From NCBI GenBank assembly GCA_004560375.1, contig SFVC01000012.1:9542-73541 (forward strand): DNA of 64,000 nt, read 5' to 3'. Both the position numbers and the translations under genes were made by a program. Every line of letters begins with the position of its first letter. Positions within the stretch are counted from its first letter, which is position 1. Shown piece after piece: positions 11,747 to 21,399 of this stretch. The stretch comes from a bacterium. Lineage in GTDB: Bacteria > Bacillota > Clostridia > Oscillospirales > Oscillospiraceae. The notes under the pieces are model-generated. The model was not told the DNA's origin. It made no database searches and saw only the letters and a list, made by a program, of their open reading frames with translations.

Positions 11747-12259
11747 GTGGACAACCTAATTCTGATCGGGATGCCCGGCTCCGGCAAGAGCACCGTGGGC
11801 GTGGTGCTGGCCAAGGCCCTGGGGCTGCGCTTTTTGGATGTGGATCTCGTCATACAGGAACGGGAGGGGGCCCTGCTCCAGGAGCTGATCGACCAACGGG
11901 GGGTGGAGCGGTTCCTGGATCTGGAGCGGGACGCCATCCTGTCCCTGGACTGCCGGGGGACGGTGGTGGCCCCCGGGGGGAGCTGCGTGTGCCGGGAGGA
12001 GTCCATTGCCCAGATGCGGCGGCTGGGTACGGTGGTTTACCTTCAGCTGCCGTTAGAGGACGTGGCCGGCCGGATCCGCAACCTGGCCTCCCGGGGGATC
12101 GCCCTGGCCCCCGGCCAGACGCTGGCCGACGTATACCGGATCCGGGTTCCGCTGTACGAACGCTGCGCGCACATCACCGTTCCGGCCGGGGGCCAGAGCC
12201 TGGCGGAGACGGTGGAAGCAGTGAAACAAGCTCTGGCAAGAAGCGCGGAGCCGTCGTGA
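11747..12259 (+). CDS. aroK: Shikimate kinase
   Basis: LIGMPGSGKSTVG Walker A, DVD, GGS; TTGCTT-17-TATAAT promoter at 11670-11698. Confidence 0.85.
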   Translation: MDNLILIGMPGSGKSTVGVVLAKALGLRFLDVDLVIQEREGALLQELIDQRGVERFLDLERDAILSLDCRGTVVAPGGSCVCREESIAQMRRLGTVVYLQLPLEDVAGRIRNLASRGIALAPGQTLADVYRIRVPLYERCAHITVPAGGQSLAETVEAVKQALARSAEPS

Positions 12260-12378
12260 GCAGCGGGCTAAGTCCGGAGCGGAGCGAATTGGCCGGAGCC
12301 GCCAGAGGCGGCGCAGGACAATTTGCGAAGTCGGAGGACTTAGAGCCGCGTCGCGAACAGGCGCAGCGTGACAACAGA
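12241..12378 (+). repeat. Longest copy of a dispersed hairpin-CGTGACAA element
   Basis: 3' 37 nt nearly identical to the reverse complement of 4853-4889; 5' end aagcgcggagccgtc shared with 30291-30305. Confidence 0.7.
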
Positions 12379-12402
12379 TGATTTTGGATAGGACGATTAA
12401 GT

Positions 12403-14307
12403 ATGAATTTCCGTGATTTGGGGCTTACCGCCCCCATTTTGAAGGCCCTCACCCAGGAGGGCTACACCGACCCCACCCCCATCCAGCGCAAGGCCATCCC
12501 CCCCGCCCTGGCGGGGCGGGACGTGCTGGGCTGCGCCCAGACGGGCACCGGCAAGACCTGCGCCTTCGCCACCCCCATCCTCCAGCGGCTCAGCGGGCGG
12601 ACGCCCAAGCCCCGGGTGATCCGGGCGCTGATCCTCACCCCCACCCGGGAGCTGGCCCTCCAGATCCAGGACAGCTTTGTGGCCTATGGCCGGAACCTGC
12701 CCCTGCGCTCCGCCGTCATCTTCGGCGGCGTGGGGCAGCAGCCCCAGGTGGACGCCATCAACCGGGGGCTGGATATCCTCGTGGCCACCCCGGGGCGGCT
12801 GCTGGATCTCCACGGGCAGGGGCTGCTGGATCTGTCCCATATTGAGATCTTCGTGCTGGATGAGGCCGACCGGATGCTGGATATGGGCTTTATCCACGAC
12901 GTGAAGCGGGTGCTCAAGCTGCTGCCGGAGCAGAAGCAGACCCTGTTTTTCTCCGCCACCATGCCCCCGGAGGTGATGGGGCTGGTGAACGGGCTGCTCC
13001 ACGACTACCAGCGTGTGGCGGTGGATCCGGTGTCCTCCCCGGTGGAGGTCATCAAGCAGTCGCTGTACTACGTGGACAAGGCCAACAAGACCAAGCTGCT
13101 GGCCCATCTCATGGAGGAGCGGCATATCACCTCCGCCCTGGTGTTCTCCCGCACCAAGCACGGGGCCAACCGCATCGCCCAGGATCTGGTGAAGCGGGGC
13201 ATCTCCGCCGCCGCCATCCACGGCAACAAGAGCCAGACCGCCCGGGTGCAGGCCCTCAGCGACTTCAAGGCGGGCCGGGTGCGGGTGCTGGCCGCCACCG
13301 ACATCGCCGCCCGGGGGATTGACATTGACCAGCTGCCCTTTGTGTTCAACTACAACCTGCCCGACGTGCCCGAGACCTACGTCCACCGCATCGGGCGGAC
13401 GGGCCGGGCGGGCCACGAGGGGGAGGCTGTCTCCTTCTGCCAGTTCGACGAGAAGGACGAGCTGAAGGCCATTGAGAAGCTGCTGGGCAAGCCCATTCCG
13501 GTGGTGGAGGATCACCCCTTCCCCATGGAGAACTTCGACCCGCCCCAGAAGGATAAGCACGGACGGCCCGTCAACGCCGAGGACGCGGAGGCCCGGGCCG
13601 CGGCCAAGGAGAAGCGCCGCCAGAAGGACGCGGAAAACAAGGCAAAGGCGGAGGAGCGGAAAAAGGCCGCCGTAGGGGAGGGGCTTGCCCCTCCCGTGGG
13701 ACGTTCGCCGCAGCTGGGGGCGGGAGGGGCAAGTCCCGCCCCTACAGATACGGACGGGACAGACGCGCCCAAAAAGAAACGGCGCCGCCGCAAAAAGGGC
13801 GGGGCCGCTCAGGCGGGCGCCCCGGCGCCGGAGACCGTGGCCCCGGCGGAGCAGGCGCCGCTGGTTCTGCGGGATAAGCCGATTGGGCGGGGGGTGCGGC
13901 AGGGGCACATTGAGGACACCCTGCCTGACGATCCCGCCATGCCCGTCACCGACTTCTACAAGCCTAACCCGCTGGACTCTGACGTGATCCTGGACGCCAC
14001 CGCCCGGCTGCTGGCCCCCCGGCGGCCCGTGAGCAGGCCCCAGGCCCAGGCCCAGCCGAAAAAGCAGGAGCAGGAGCCGGCGCAGAAGCAGGGCCGTCAG
14101 AAGCCCCGCCGCCAGGGCAAGAAGCAGGGGGCCCCGGCCCAGCCGGTGAAAGAGCCCGTGCTGCCGCCCTCCCTGTCCGGGAAGCGGAAGCGCCGCCGGG
14201 ACGACCGGCCCCGGCCCATCGAGGCCGCGCCCCGCTCCGACCGGCAGAAGGACTCCACCCAGCACAAGAGCCTGATGCGGCCCTATTACCTCCATGACGA
14301 CGACTGA
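12403..14307 (+). CDS. DEAD-box RNA helicase with long basic C-terminal tail
   Basis: AQTGTGKT, PTRELA, DEAD, SAT, HRIGRTGRAG. Confidence 0.93.
   Translation: MNFRDLGLTAPILKALTQEGYTDPTPIQRKAIPPALAGRDVLGCAQTGTGKTCAFATPILQRLSGRTPKPRVIRALILTPTRELALQIQDSFVAYGRNLPLRSAVIFGGVGQQPQVDAINRGLDILVATPGRLLDLHGQGLLDLSHIEIFVLDEADRMLDMGFIHDVKRVLKLLPEQKQTLFFSATMPPEVMGLVNGLLHDYQRVAVDPVSSPVEVIKQSLYYVDKANKTKLLAHLMEERHITSALVFSRTKHGANRIAQDLVKRGISAAAIHGNKSQTARVQALSDFKAGRVRVLAATDIAARGIDIDQLPFVFNYNLPDVPETYVHRIGRTGRAGHEGEAVSFCQFDEKDELKAIEKLLGKPIPVVEDHPFPMENFDPPQKDKHGRPVNAEDAEARAAAKEKRRQKDAENKAKAEERKKAAVGEGLAPPVGRSPQLGAGGASPAPTDTDGTDAPKKKRRRRKKGGAAQAGAPAPETVAPAEQAPLVLRDKPIGRGVRQGHIEDTLPDDPAMPVTDFYKPNPLDSDVILDATARLLAPRRPVSRPQAQAQPKKQEQEPAQKQGRQKPRRQGKKQGAPAQPVKEPVLPPSLSGKRKRRRDDRPRPIEAAPRSDRQKDSTQHKSLMRPYYLHDDD
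13672..13745. repeat. GTAG-type REP doublet inside the helicase CDS
   Basis: Left unit identical to 3279-3303; right unit 13721-13745 has 2 mismatches; reading frame preserved. Confidence 0.8.
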
Positions 14308-15187
14308 GCGGGAGGGCGGGCGGCACCGCCGCCCCCGGAAAAAATGCCGCCCGCTGGTGTGGCTCATCGCGCTGGCGGTGGTGGCCGTGGCGGGGGTGTT
14401 CTGGTTCCGCTGGCAGTGCTGGGGCCTCCAGACCACCCGTACCACGGCGGAGCTGGGCGGGCTGCCCGCCGGGTTCGACGGCTTCACCATTGCCCACCTG
14501 TCCGACCTCCACGGCCACGAGTACGGGGAGGACAGCGGGGAGCTGGTGGAGCGGGTGAGGCGGGAGACGCCCGACCTCATTGTGATCACCGGAGATCTGA
14601 TCGACCAGAAAAGCCAGATGGAGATGGTGCCCGCCCTGGCAAAGGGGCTGGCCGCCATCGCGCCCACCTATTACGTCACCGGCAACCACGAGTGGGCCCT
14701 GGGCTCCGCCGCGGTGAAGGAGCTGAAGGCCCTTCTGGTGGAGTGCGGGGTGACGGCGCTCTCCAACCAGTGCGAGATTTTGGAGCGGAACGGCGGCCGG
14801 CTGGCGCTGGCCGGAGTGGACGACCCCAACGGCTACGCCGACCAGACCACCCCGGAGGAGCTGTACGCCTGGATCCAGGGAAAGGAGCCCGGCCTGTTCA
14901 CCCTCCTGCTGGCCCACCGGAATGAGCGGTTTGGACAGTATGCCAACGCAGGGTATGATTTTGTGATGTCCGGCCACGGGCATGGGGGGATTGTCCGCCT
15001 GCCCTTCGTGGGCGGGCTCATCGGCACCGACCGGCGGTTTTTCCCGCCCTGGACGGCGGGGCTGTACGCCGTGGGGGACAGCACCCTGTTTGTGTCCCGG
15101 GGGCTGGGGAACAACACGACCCCCTTCCGGGGGATTCGGATCTTTAACCGCCCGGAGCTGGCGGTGGTGACGCTGAAGCAGGGGTAG
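14294..15187 (+). CDS. Membrane-anchored calcineurin-like metallophosphoesterase (YkuE-like)
   Basis: SDLH, TGD, GNHE, LAH, SGHGHGG; N-terminal TM segment. Confidence 0.85.
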   Translation: MTTTEREGGRHRRPRKKCRPLVWLIALAVVAVAGVFWFRWQCWGLQTTRTTAELGGLPAGFDGFTIAHLSDLHGHEYGEDSGELVERVRRETPDLIVITGDLIDQKSQMEMVPALAKGLAAIAPTYYVTGNHEWALGSAAVKELKALLVECGVTALSNQCEILERNGGRLALAGVDDPNGYADQTTPEELYAWIQGKEPGLFTLLLAHRNERFGQYANAGYDFVMSGHGHGGIVRLPFVGGLIGTDRRFFPPWTAGLYAVGDSTLFVSRGLGNNTTPFRGIRIFNRPELAVVTLKQG

Positions 15188-15553
15188 GGCCCCTTGCATC
15201 CCCCCCTTGCAGGTGGTGGGGCTGCGCCCCCCTGGGCCGCTGGGGGTGGCAGGGGACGCCCCTGCCGGGGGCGTTACTTTTCCCACGTGGGAAAAGTAAC
15301 CAAAAGGACGCTTAGGGGGTGGCCACCGGTTCGACTGCGAGCGCGAAGGGCGCGCTCTTGCTCACAGGTTGGCCACCCCCTAAGAACCCCCGGGAAGGTC
15401 AAGGGCACGCCGATTTTGATGCGGCGGGGGTGTGACCGGCTTGATGGGGTGACGAATGGATTTCCCGTTGATTTCCGGCCCACACCGGGCCTGAGTTTCT
15501 CGGGTACTGAGAAGCTGGGGATCTGTTTGAAACGCCTGGATGGGCGCGGCTTT

Positions 15554-15808
15554 TTAGCGGGTCAGTTCCAGGGCGAGACGGAAGCCGGCGCGGAAATAGG
15601 CGGACTCCCGCAGCTCGCCGATGGCGAGCTGTTCCGTCAGCAGCGTGTCGATCAGCGACGCGGTGTCTTGGTGGAAAGATCCAAGCAGACGTTTGACCTC
15701 GGCGTCCTGGCGGGTTGTGCGGACAAGGTATTCGCCGTCTCCACACAAGATATCCTCTACAAGAGTTTTGCCGACACTGGTATAAAAGGCGTCCATTAGC
15801 TCAGTCAT
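15554..15808 (-). CDS. Small helical hypothetical protein (resembles DUF6809-type proteins)
   Basis: 84-aa ORF ending AYFRAGFRLALEL; AAAGGA SD; perfect SigA promoter upstream. Confidence 0.65.
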   Translation of the reverse strand: MTELMDAFYTSVGKTLVEDILCGDGEYLVRTTRQDAEVKRLLGSFHQDTASLIDTLLTEQLAIGELRESAYFRAGFRLALELTR

Positions 15809-15852
15809 CAAAATCGATCCTTTGCATTAAAAATAGTTGATTATGCACAACC

Positions 15853-15890
15853 TATGCGTATATTATATACGCATAACTGTTGCGTGTCAA
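15853..15890 (-). promoter_or_regulatory. Consensus SigA promoter overlapped by a palindromic operator
   Basis: Minus strand TTGACA(15890-15885)-17-TATAAT(15867-15862); perfect inverted repeat tatgcgtata-tta-tatacgcata (15853-15875) covers the -10. Confidence 0.8.
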
Positions 15891-15906
15891 GAGGGAGAGC
15901 AAAAAA

Positions 15907-16116
15907 GTGAAGCTTGCAGAGCGTTTACGGGAGCTGCGTGGGAAAAAGGGCGTAACCCAAAGCCAAGTGGCGGAATATCTGGGTCTGAAGCTGAGGGCGT
16001 ATCAATACTATGAAAGCGGCGAACACCGTCCCGAATATGAAAAACTGATCGCGCTGGCGGATTATTACGACGTAACCGTAGACTATCTGCTGGGCCGGAC
16101 AGACGAGCCAAATTAA
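15907..16116 (+). CDS. XRE-family HTH transcriptional regulator
   Basis: RLRELRGKKGVTQSQVAEYLG...YESGEHRP...LADYYDVTVDYLLGRTD; GTG start after GAGGGAG. Confidence 0.88.
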   Translation: MKLAERLRELRGKKGVTQSQVAEYLGLKLRAYQYYESGEHRPEYEKLIALADYYDVTVDYLLGRTDEPN

Positions 16117-16458
16117 CGCCTCTGCCATACCCCGCGCCATTTAGGCGTTGAAAAGAGAACCCCGGCGGTTCAATGCCGGAGAAATGCAGGCCCGGTGTGG
16201 GCCGGAAATCGAAGGGAAATCCGTTCGTAACCCGCTCAAGCCGGTCACTCCCCCGCGGCACTCAAATCGGCGTGCCCTTGACCTTAACGGGGGTTCTTAG
16301 GGGGTGACCGACTAAGGACGCGAAGCGTCCGCCGGAGGCCACCCCCTAAGCGCGCTCTTTGGTTACTTTCTCTCGCGCGAGAGAAAGTAACGCCCCCGGC
16401 AGGGCGCGTCCTGCCAAACGGAACCCGCCCCGGCAGGGGCAAGCAAGGAGGTCACGCG

Positions 16459-18327
16459 ATGACATACAGCGCGGGACAGTATGACGTGGCTGTGGTCGGC
16501 GCGGGCCACGCCGGCATCGAGGCCGCCCTGGCCGCCGCCCGGATGGGGCTGAAAACGGTGTGCTTCACCATCAACCTGGACGCGGTGGGCAATATGCCCT
16601 GCAACCCCGCCGTGGGCGGCACCGGCAAGGGCCACCTGGTGCGGGAGATCGACGCCTTAGGCGGCGAGATGGCAAAGGCCGCCGACAAGGCCTGTATCCA
16701 GTACCGGATGCTGAACCGGGGGAAGGGCCCCGCTGTCTGGTCCTTGCGGGCCCAGGCCGACCGGCGGCGCTACCAGGAGGTCATGAAGCACACCCTGGAG
16801 CTCCAGGAAAACCTGTGGGTGAAGCAGGCCGAGGTCACGGAGGTTCTCACGGAAAACGGCGCGGTTTCCGCCGTCCGCACCACCACCGGGGCCACCTACG
16901 CCGTCAAGGCGGCGGTGATCGCCACCGGCACCTACCTGGGGGGCCGCACCATCGTGGGGGAGGTCACCCGGGACTCCGGCCCCGACGGCATGGCCGCCGC
17001 CCTGCCGCTGACGGACTGTCTGGTGAGGCTGGGACTGTCCATCCGGCGGTTCAAGACGGGCACGCCTCCACGGGTGAACCGGCGGAGCGTGGACTTCTCC
17101 CAAATGGAGATCCAGCCGGGGGACGACGTGCCCGTGCCCTTCTCCTTTGAGACGGAGACGAAGCCGGACAACCGGGCGGTGTGCTACCTCACCTACACCA
17201 ACGAGGCCACCCATCAGGTGATCCGGGACAACCTCCACCGCTCTCCCCTGTTCTCCGGGGTCATCGAGGGGGTGGGGCCCCGGTACTGCCCCTCTATTGA
17301 GGACAAGGTGGTGCGCTTTTCGGACAAGCCCCGGCACCAGCTCTTTATCGAGCCCATGGGGCTGAACACCGAGGAGCTGTATATTCAGGGGTTTTCCTCC
17401 TCTCTGCCGGAGGAGGTGCAGATCAAAATGCTCCACACCATCCCCGGGCTGGAGCGGGCGGAGATGACCCGGTGCGCCTACGCCATTGAGTACGACTGCG
17501 TGGATCCCAGGTCATTATTGCCCACCCTGGAGTGCAAAAAAATCCCCGGCCTGTACGGCGCGGGGCAGTTCAATGGATCCTCCGGGTACGAGGAGGCCGC
17601 CGCCCAGGGGCTGATGGCCGGGATCAACGCCGCCCTGAAGATCAAGGGGGAGGCGCCCCTGATTTTGAGCCGGGGGGACGGCTATATCGGGGTGCTCATC
17701 GACGATCTGGTGACCAAGGGCACCAACGAGCCCTACCGGATGATGACCTCCCGGACGGAGTACCGGCTGATCCACCGGCAGGATAACGCCGACCGGCGGC
17801 TGGCGGCCTACGGCCACCGGGTGGGGCTGGTGAGCGGGGAGCGGCTGGCCCGGGTGGAGGAGAAATACGCCGCCGTGGAGCGGGAGATCCGGCGGCTGGA
17901 GCACGCGGGGGCGGCGCCCTCTCGGTCGCTGGACAGGCTGCTGGAGGAGAGGGGGGAGCCCCCCTGCCCCCACGGGGCGCGGCTGGTGGATCTGCTCCGC
18001 CGGCCCCGGTTGAGCTATGACGATCTGGCCCCCTTTGACCCGGGCAGGCCGGCGCTGCCCCGGCCGGTTATGGAGCAGGTGGAGATCTCGGTGAAGTACG
18101 CGGGGTACATCGAGCGGCAGAACCGGCAGGTGGAGGAGCTGCGGAAGCTGGAGGACAGGCCGCTGCCGGGGGATCTGGACTATCTGGGCATACAGGGCCT
18201 GCGGCTGGAGGCGCGGCAGAAGCTGGATAAAATCCGGCCGCTGAACCTGGGGCAGGCGTCCCGGGTGTCGGGAGTGTCCCCGGCGGACGTGACGGCGCTT
18301 ATGCTATATTTGGAGAAAACGACATGA
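16459..18327 (+). CDS. mnmG: tRNA U34 carboxymethylaminomethyl modification enzyme
   Basis: [50 protein letters not shown]. Confidence 0.96.
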   Translation: MTYSAGQYDVAVVGAGHAGIEAALAAARMGLKTVCFTINLDAVGNMPCNPAVGGTGKGHLVREIDALGGEMAKAADKACIQYRMLNRGKGPAVWSLRAQADRRRYQEVMKHTLELQENLWVKQAEVTEVLTENGAVSAVRTTTGATYAVKAAVIATGTYLGGRTIVGEVTRDSGPDGMAAALPLTDCLVRLGLSIRRFKTGTPPRVNRRSVDFSQMEIQPGDDVPVPFSFETETKPDNRAVCYLTYTNEATHQVIRDNLHRSPLFSGVIEGVGPRYCPSIEDKVVRFSDKPRHQLFIEPMGLNTEELYIQGFSSSLPEEVQIKMLHTIPGLERAEMTRCAYAIEYDCVDPRSLLPTLECKKIPGLYGAGQFNGSSGYEEAAAQGLMAGINAALKIKGEAPLILSRGDGYIGVLIDDLVTKGTNEPYRMMTSRTEYRLIHRQDNADRRLAAYGHRVGLVSGERLARVEEKYAAVEREIRRLEHAGAAPSRSLDRLLEERGEPPCPHGARLVDLLRRPRLSYDDLAPFDPGRPALPRPVMEQVEISVKYAGYIERQNRQVEELRKLEDRPLPGDLDYLGIQGLRLEARQKLDKIRPLNLGQASRVSGVSPADVTALMLYLEKTT

Positions 18328-18758
18328 CGATTACGAGAGCAAATGGGGAATCCCTGCTCCGGGCGGCGGCGCTGGCTTGTAAGCTGTGGCCGGACAACGG
18401 GCCGGAGGATCTGCTGGCGGAGTGGGAGACGCTGGCCCCGTCGGAGGCTGCGGTTTTTCTGGCGGAGGAGGGCGGAGTCCCGGTGGGCTTTGCCCAGTGC
18501 CAGCTCCGGCACGACTACGTGGAGGGGACGGACAGCAGCCCGGTGGGCTATCTGGAGGGGATCTATGTCCGGGAGGCGTTCCGGGGCCGCGGGACGGCAG
18601 GGGCCCTGCTGTCCGCCTGCGAGGATTGGGCCCGGGGGCGGGGCTGTGCGGAGTTTGCCAGCGACTGTGAGCTGGGCAATGCGGGCAGCGTCGCCTTCCA
18701 CCTGGGGGCGGGGTTTACCGAGGCAAATCGGATCGTCTGTTTTACGAAACGACTGTGA
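18324..18758 (+). CDS. AAC(6')-I-like aminoglycoside N-acetyltransferase (GNAT)
   Basis: [50 protein letters not shown]. Confidence 0.8.
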   Translation: MTITRANGESLLRAAALACKLWPDNGPEDLLAEWETLAPSEAAVFLAEEGGVPVGFAQCQLRHDYVEGTDSSPVGYLEGIYVREAFRGRGTAGALLSACEDWARGRGCAEFASDCELGNAGSVAFHLGAGFTEANRIVCFTKRL

Positions 18759-18772
18759 GAGGAAGCATCAAC

Positions 18773-20104
18773 ATGAGATTATTTTTGGCCGTGATCCTGT
18801 GTAAGATCCTGCGGTTCATCGGCGGGCTCATCGGCAAGGGCAGCTCCCTGCCGGGGCAGTTCGCGCTGAAGGTGTGCCCCGACGTGCTGGGGCGGGTTCG
18901 CCTGCCCGCCCATATCATCGCCGTCACCGGCTCCAATGGCAAGACCTCCACCGTGGAGATGATCGCCGCCATTTTGACGGCGGACGGCAGGCGGGTGGTG
19001 TACAACAAGGAGGGCTCCAACCAGATCGAGGGGGTGGCCACCCTGATTCTGTCCAACTGCTCCCTGGGGGGCAGGGTGAAGGGGGACGTGCTGCTGCTGG
19101 AGAGCGACGAGCGGTATGCCCGGCACACCTTCAAGTGGTTCCACCCCACCCACTTCGTCATCACCAACCTGTACCGGGATCAGCTCACCCGGAACGGCCA
19201 CCCGGAGTGGGTGTACGACGCCATCCGGCCCGCCATTTTTCCGGAGACGACCCTGGTGCTCAACGCCGACGATCCCCTGGTGTCCTGCTTCGCCCGGGAG
19301 CACGAGCCGGACAGGGTGAAGTGGTTCGGGCTGGACGAGTGCGCCGTCAGTACGAAGGAGCACCATGGCGTGTATCACGACGGGGCGCGGTGCCCGGTGT
19401 GCAAGGGGCGGATGGAGTATTCCTGCTACCACTACGCCCACATTGGGCACTATGCCTGCCCCGGCTGCGGGCATAAGCGGCACGAGACGGAGTTTGCCGT
19501 CACCGAGTTGGATCTGGACGGGGGAACCCTCACCATCAACGGGGAGACCCGGATCTCCCTGGCCTTTAAGAGCATCTACAATGTCTACAACATCCTGGCC
19601 GCCTGGTCGGCCTGCGCCCTGGTGGGGGCGGCCCCCTCTGTCATGGCCGGGGTGATCAACAACTATATGCTGAAAAACGGGCGGATGATCACCTTTACCC
19701 TGGGGGCGCACAGGGGCACCCTGCTCACCTCCAAGCATGAGAACTCGGTGGCCTACGACACCAACCTGGCCTATATCGCCGCTACAGAGAAGCCCTGCAC
19801 GGTGCTGGTGATTGTGGACGCCATCAGCCGGAAGTATTTTACGGGGGAGACAAGCTGGCTGTGGGACATCGACTTCGACCGGCTGGACGCCCCCCACATC
19901 GGCAGGGTGATGCTGTACGGCAAATACTGCAACGATCTGGCGGTGCGCTTCCAGTACAGCCGCGTCCCGGCGGACAGGATCGAGGTGGGAGAGTCCATCG
20001 CCGCGGCGGCGGAGCGCCTGAAGGAGCGCGGAGACGAGGATGTGTACGTGGTGACCTGCTTCTCCGACCGGGATAAATTGCTGGCGCTGACCCAAAAGGA
20101 TTGA
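18773..20104 (+). CDS. murT: Lipid II isoglutaminyl synthase, Mur-ligase subunit
   Basis: VTGSNGKTST, TNLYRDQL, NADDP, CPVC...CPGC zinc finger, SWLWDIDF. Confidence 0.88.
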   Translation: MRLFLAVILCKILRFIGGLIGKGSSLPGQFALKVCPDVLGRVRLPAHIIAVTGSNGKTSTVEMIAAILTADGRRVVYNKEGSNQIEGVATLILSNCSLGGRVKGDVLLLESDERYARHTFKWFHPTHFVITNLYRDQLTRNGHPEWVYDAIRPAIFPETTLVLNADDPLVSCFAREHEPDRVKWFGLDECAVSTKEHHGVYHDGARCPVCKGRMEYSCYHYAHIGHYACPGCGHKRHETEFAVTELDLDGGTLTINGETRISLAFKSIYNVYNILAAWSACALVGAAPSVMAGVINNYMLKNGRMITFTLGAHRGTLLTSKHENSVAYDTNLAYIAATEKPCTVLVIVDAISRKYFTGETSWLWDIDFDRLDAPHIGRVMLYGKYCNDLAVRFQYSRVPADRIEVGESIAAAAERLKERGDEDVYVVTCFSDRDKLLALTQKD

Positions 20105-20117
20105 GGGGGGACAGAAT

Positions 20118-20861
20118 ATGGAACTGACCATTTTACACCTGTATCCCGACTGTATGTCCCTGTATGGGGAGTACGCCAATCTGGCCGTCCTGCGGCGGCA
20201 CCTGGAGGCGCTGGGTGTGTCCGTGACGGTGGAGACGGCGCTGTTTGAGGATGCGCCGGACTTTGAGCGGGCCGACTTCCTTTACATGGGCGCGGGCACC
20301 GAGCGCACCCAGAAGGCGGCGCTGACCGCCCTGCTGCCCCACAAAGACGCGCTGAAGGCCGCTATCGACCGAGGGGGCGTGGTGCTGTTCACCGGCAACG
20401 CCATGGAGCTGCTGGGGAAGAACCTTACCGATGGGGCGGGCAAGGTGTGGCCCGGGCTGGGTTTCGCGGACTTCACCACCCAGGAGCTGGACAGGAGGGC
20501 TCCGGAGGACGTGATCGCCCACACCGCCCTGTGGGACGAGGGGCTGGTGGGCTTTATGAACAAGTGCTCCGTCACCCGGGGGGTGGAGTCGCCCCTGTTC
20601 CACGGGCTGTCCCTGGGCTTCGGCAATGAGACGGAGGGGGGGCCGGAGGGGTACGTGTCCGGCAATGTGCTGGCCACCCATGTCACCGGGCCGGTGCTGG
20701 TGAAGAATCCGGCCTTCACCGATTTCCTCGTCCGCCGCCTGTTTGAGGTCAAGGGGTGGGAGGCGCCGGAAACGCTGCCTGTGCTGCCCTGCGAGCGGGA
20801 GGCCTATGAGGTGACGCTCCGGGAGCTGACGGCGCGGATCGGGAAAAAACAGGAGAGCTGA
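20118..20861 (+). CDS. gatD: CobQ-like glutamine amidotransferase partner of MurT
   Basis: HLYPDCMSLYGEYAN, THVTGPVLVKNP; directly follows murT. Confidence 0.75.
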   Translation: MELTILHLYPDCMSLYGEYANLAVLRRHLEALGVSVTVETALFEDAPDFERADFLYMGAGTERTQKAALTALLPHKDALKAAIDRGGVVLFTGNAMELLGKNLTDGAGKVWPGLGFADFTTQELDRRAPEDVIAHTALWDEGLVGFMNKCSVTRGVESPLFHGLSLGFGNETEGGPEGYVSGNVLATHVTGPVLVKNPAFTDFLVRRLFEVKGWEAPETLPVLPCEREAYEVTLRELTARIGKKQES

Positions 20862-20900
20862 CAACAGGCCCCCCGGCATGAGCCGGGGGGCCTGTTCGCG

Positions 20901-21344
20901 TCAATGGCCGGCCCGCCACTCCATGCGGATGTGGGGGATGCCGTCCTCTAAAAATTCCTCGGAGGTCTGGACGAAGCCCGCCCGCTGGTACAGCTCCCGG
21001 GCGTAGGTCTGGGCCTCGATGGTGATGGTTTGGGCGCCGAACCGCTCCTGGGCGGCGCGGATGCCGGCCGCCACGATCCGGCTGCCCAGGCCCTGCCGCC
21101 GCTTTACGGCGATGACACGGCCGATGGAGGCGGTGTCGAAGGTGGTTCCCGGCGGCAGCACCCGGAGGTAGGCCGCGATGCCGTCCCGGTCCTGGAGCCA
21201 GAGGTGCCAGGCGGCCTGGTCGGCGTCGTCGATCTCCGGGTAGGCGCACTGCTGCTCCACGATGAACACCGCCACCCGGAGCTTGTAGATCTGGAACAGC
21301 TCGTCTCGGGTGAGCTGGGTGAAGTGCTTGCAGATAAGTTCCAT
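20901..21344 (-). CDS. ElaA-like GNAT acetyltransferase
   Basis: LRVAVFIVEQQCAYPEID, IGRVI, EAQTY, LEDGIPHIRM. Confidence 0.85.
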   Translation of the reverse strand: MELICKHFTQLTRDELFQIYKLRVAVFIVEQQCAYPEIDDADQAAWHLWLQDRDGIAAYLRVLPPGTTFDTASIGRVIAVKRRQGLGSRIVAAGIRAAQERFGAQTITIEAQTYARELYQRAGFVQTSEEFLEDGIPHIRMEWRAGH

Positions 21345-21399
21345 AGAAGCCTCCTATCTGTTGTCACGCTGGGATTGGGCGCGCCTATCCTCACGCTTC

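Larger units (their letters stand above)
15247..16416. mobile_element. Non-autonomous element: ~300-bp structured terminal inverted repeats enclosing two divergent small genes
   Basis: 15247-15550 is the imperfect reverse complement of 16131-16416; the same arms recur at 24454-25083; no transposase inside. Confidence 0.65.

Noticed and set aside
15194..16261. ORFs 15194-15799, 15274-15483, 15887-16261 and 24555-24902, which resemble each other
   Set aside because: The similarity comes from translating the non-coding repeat arms.
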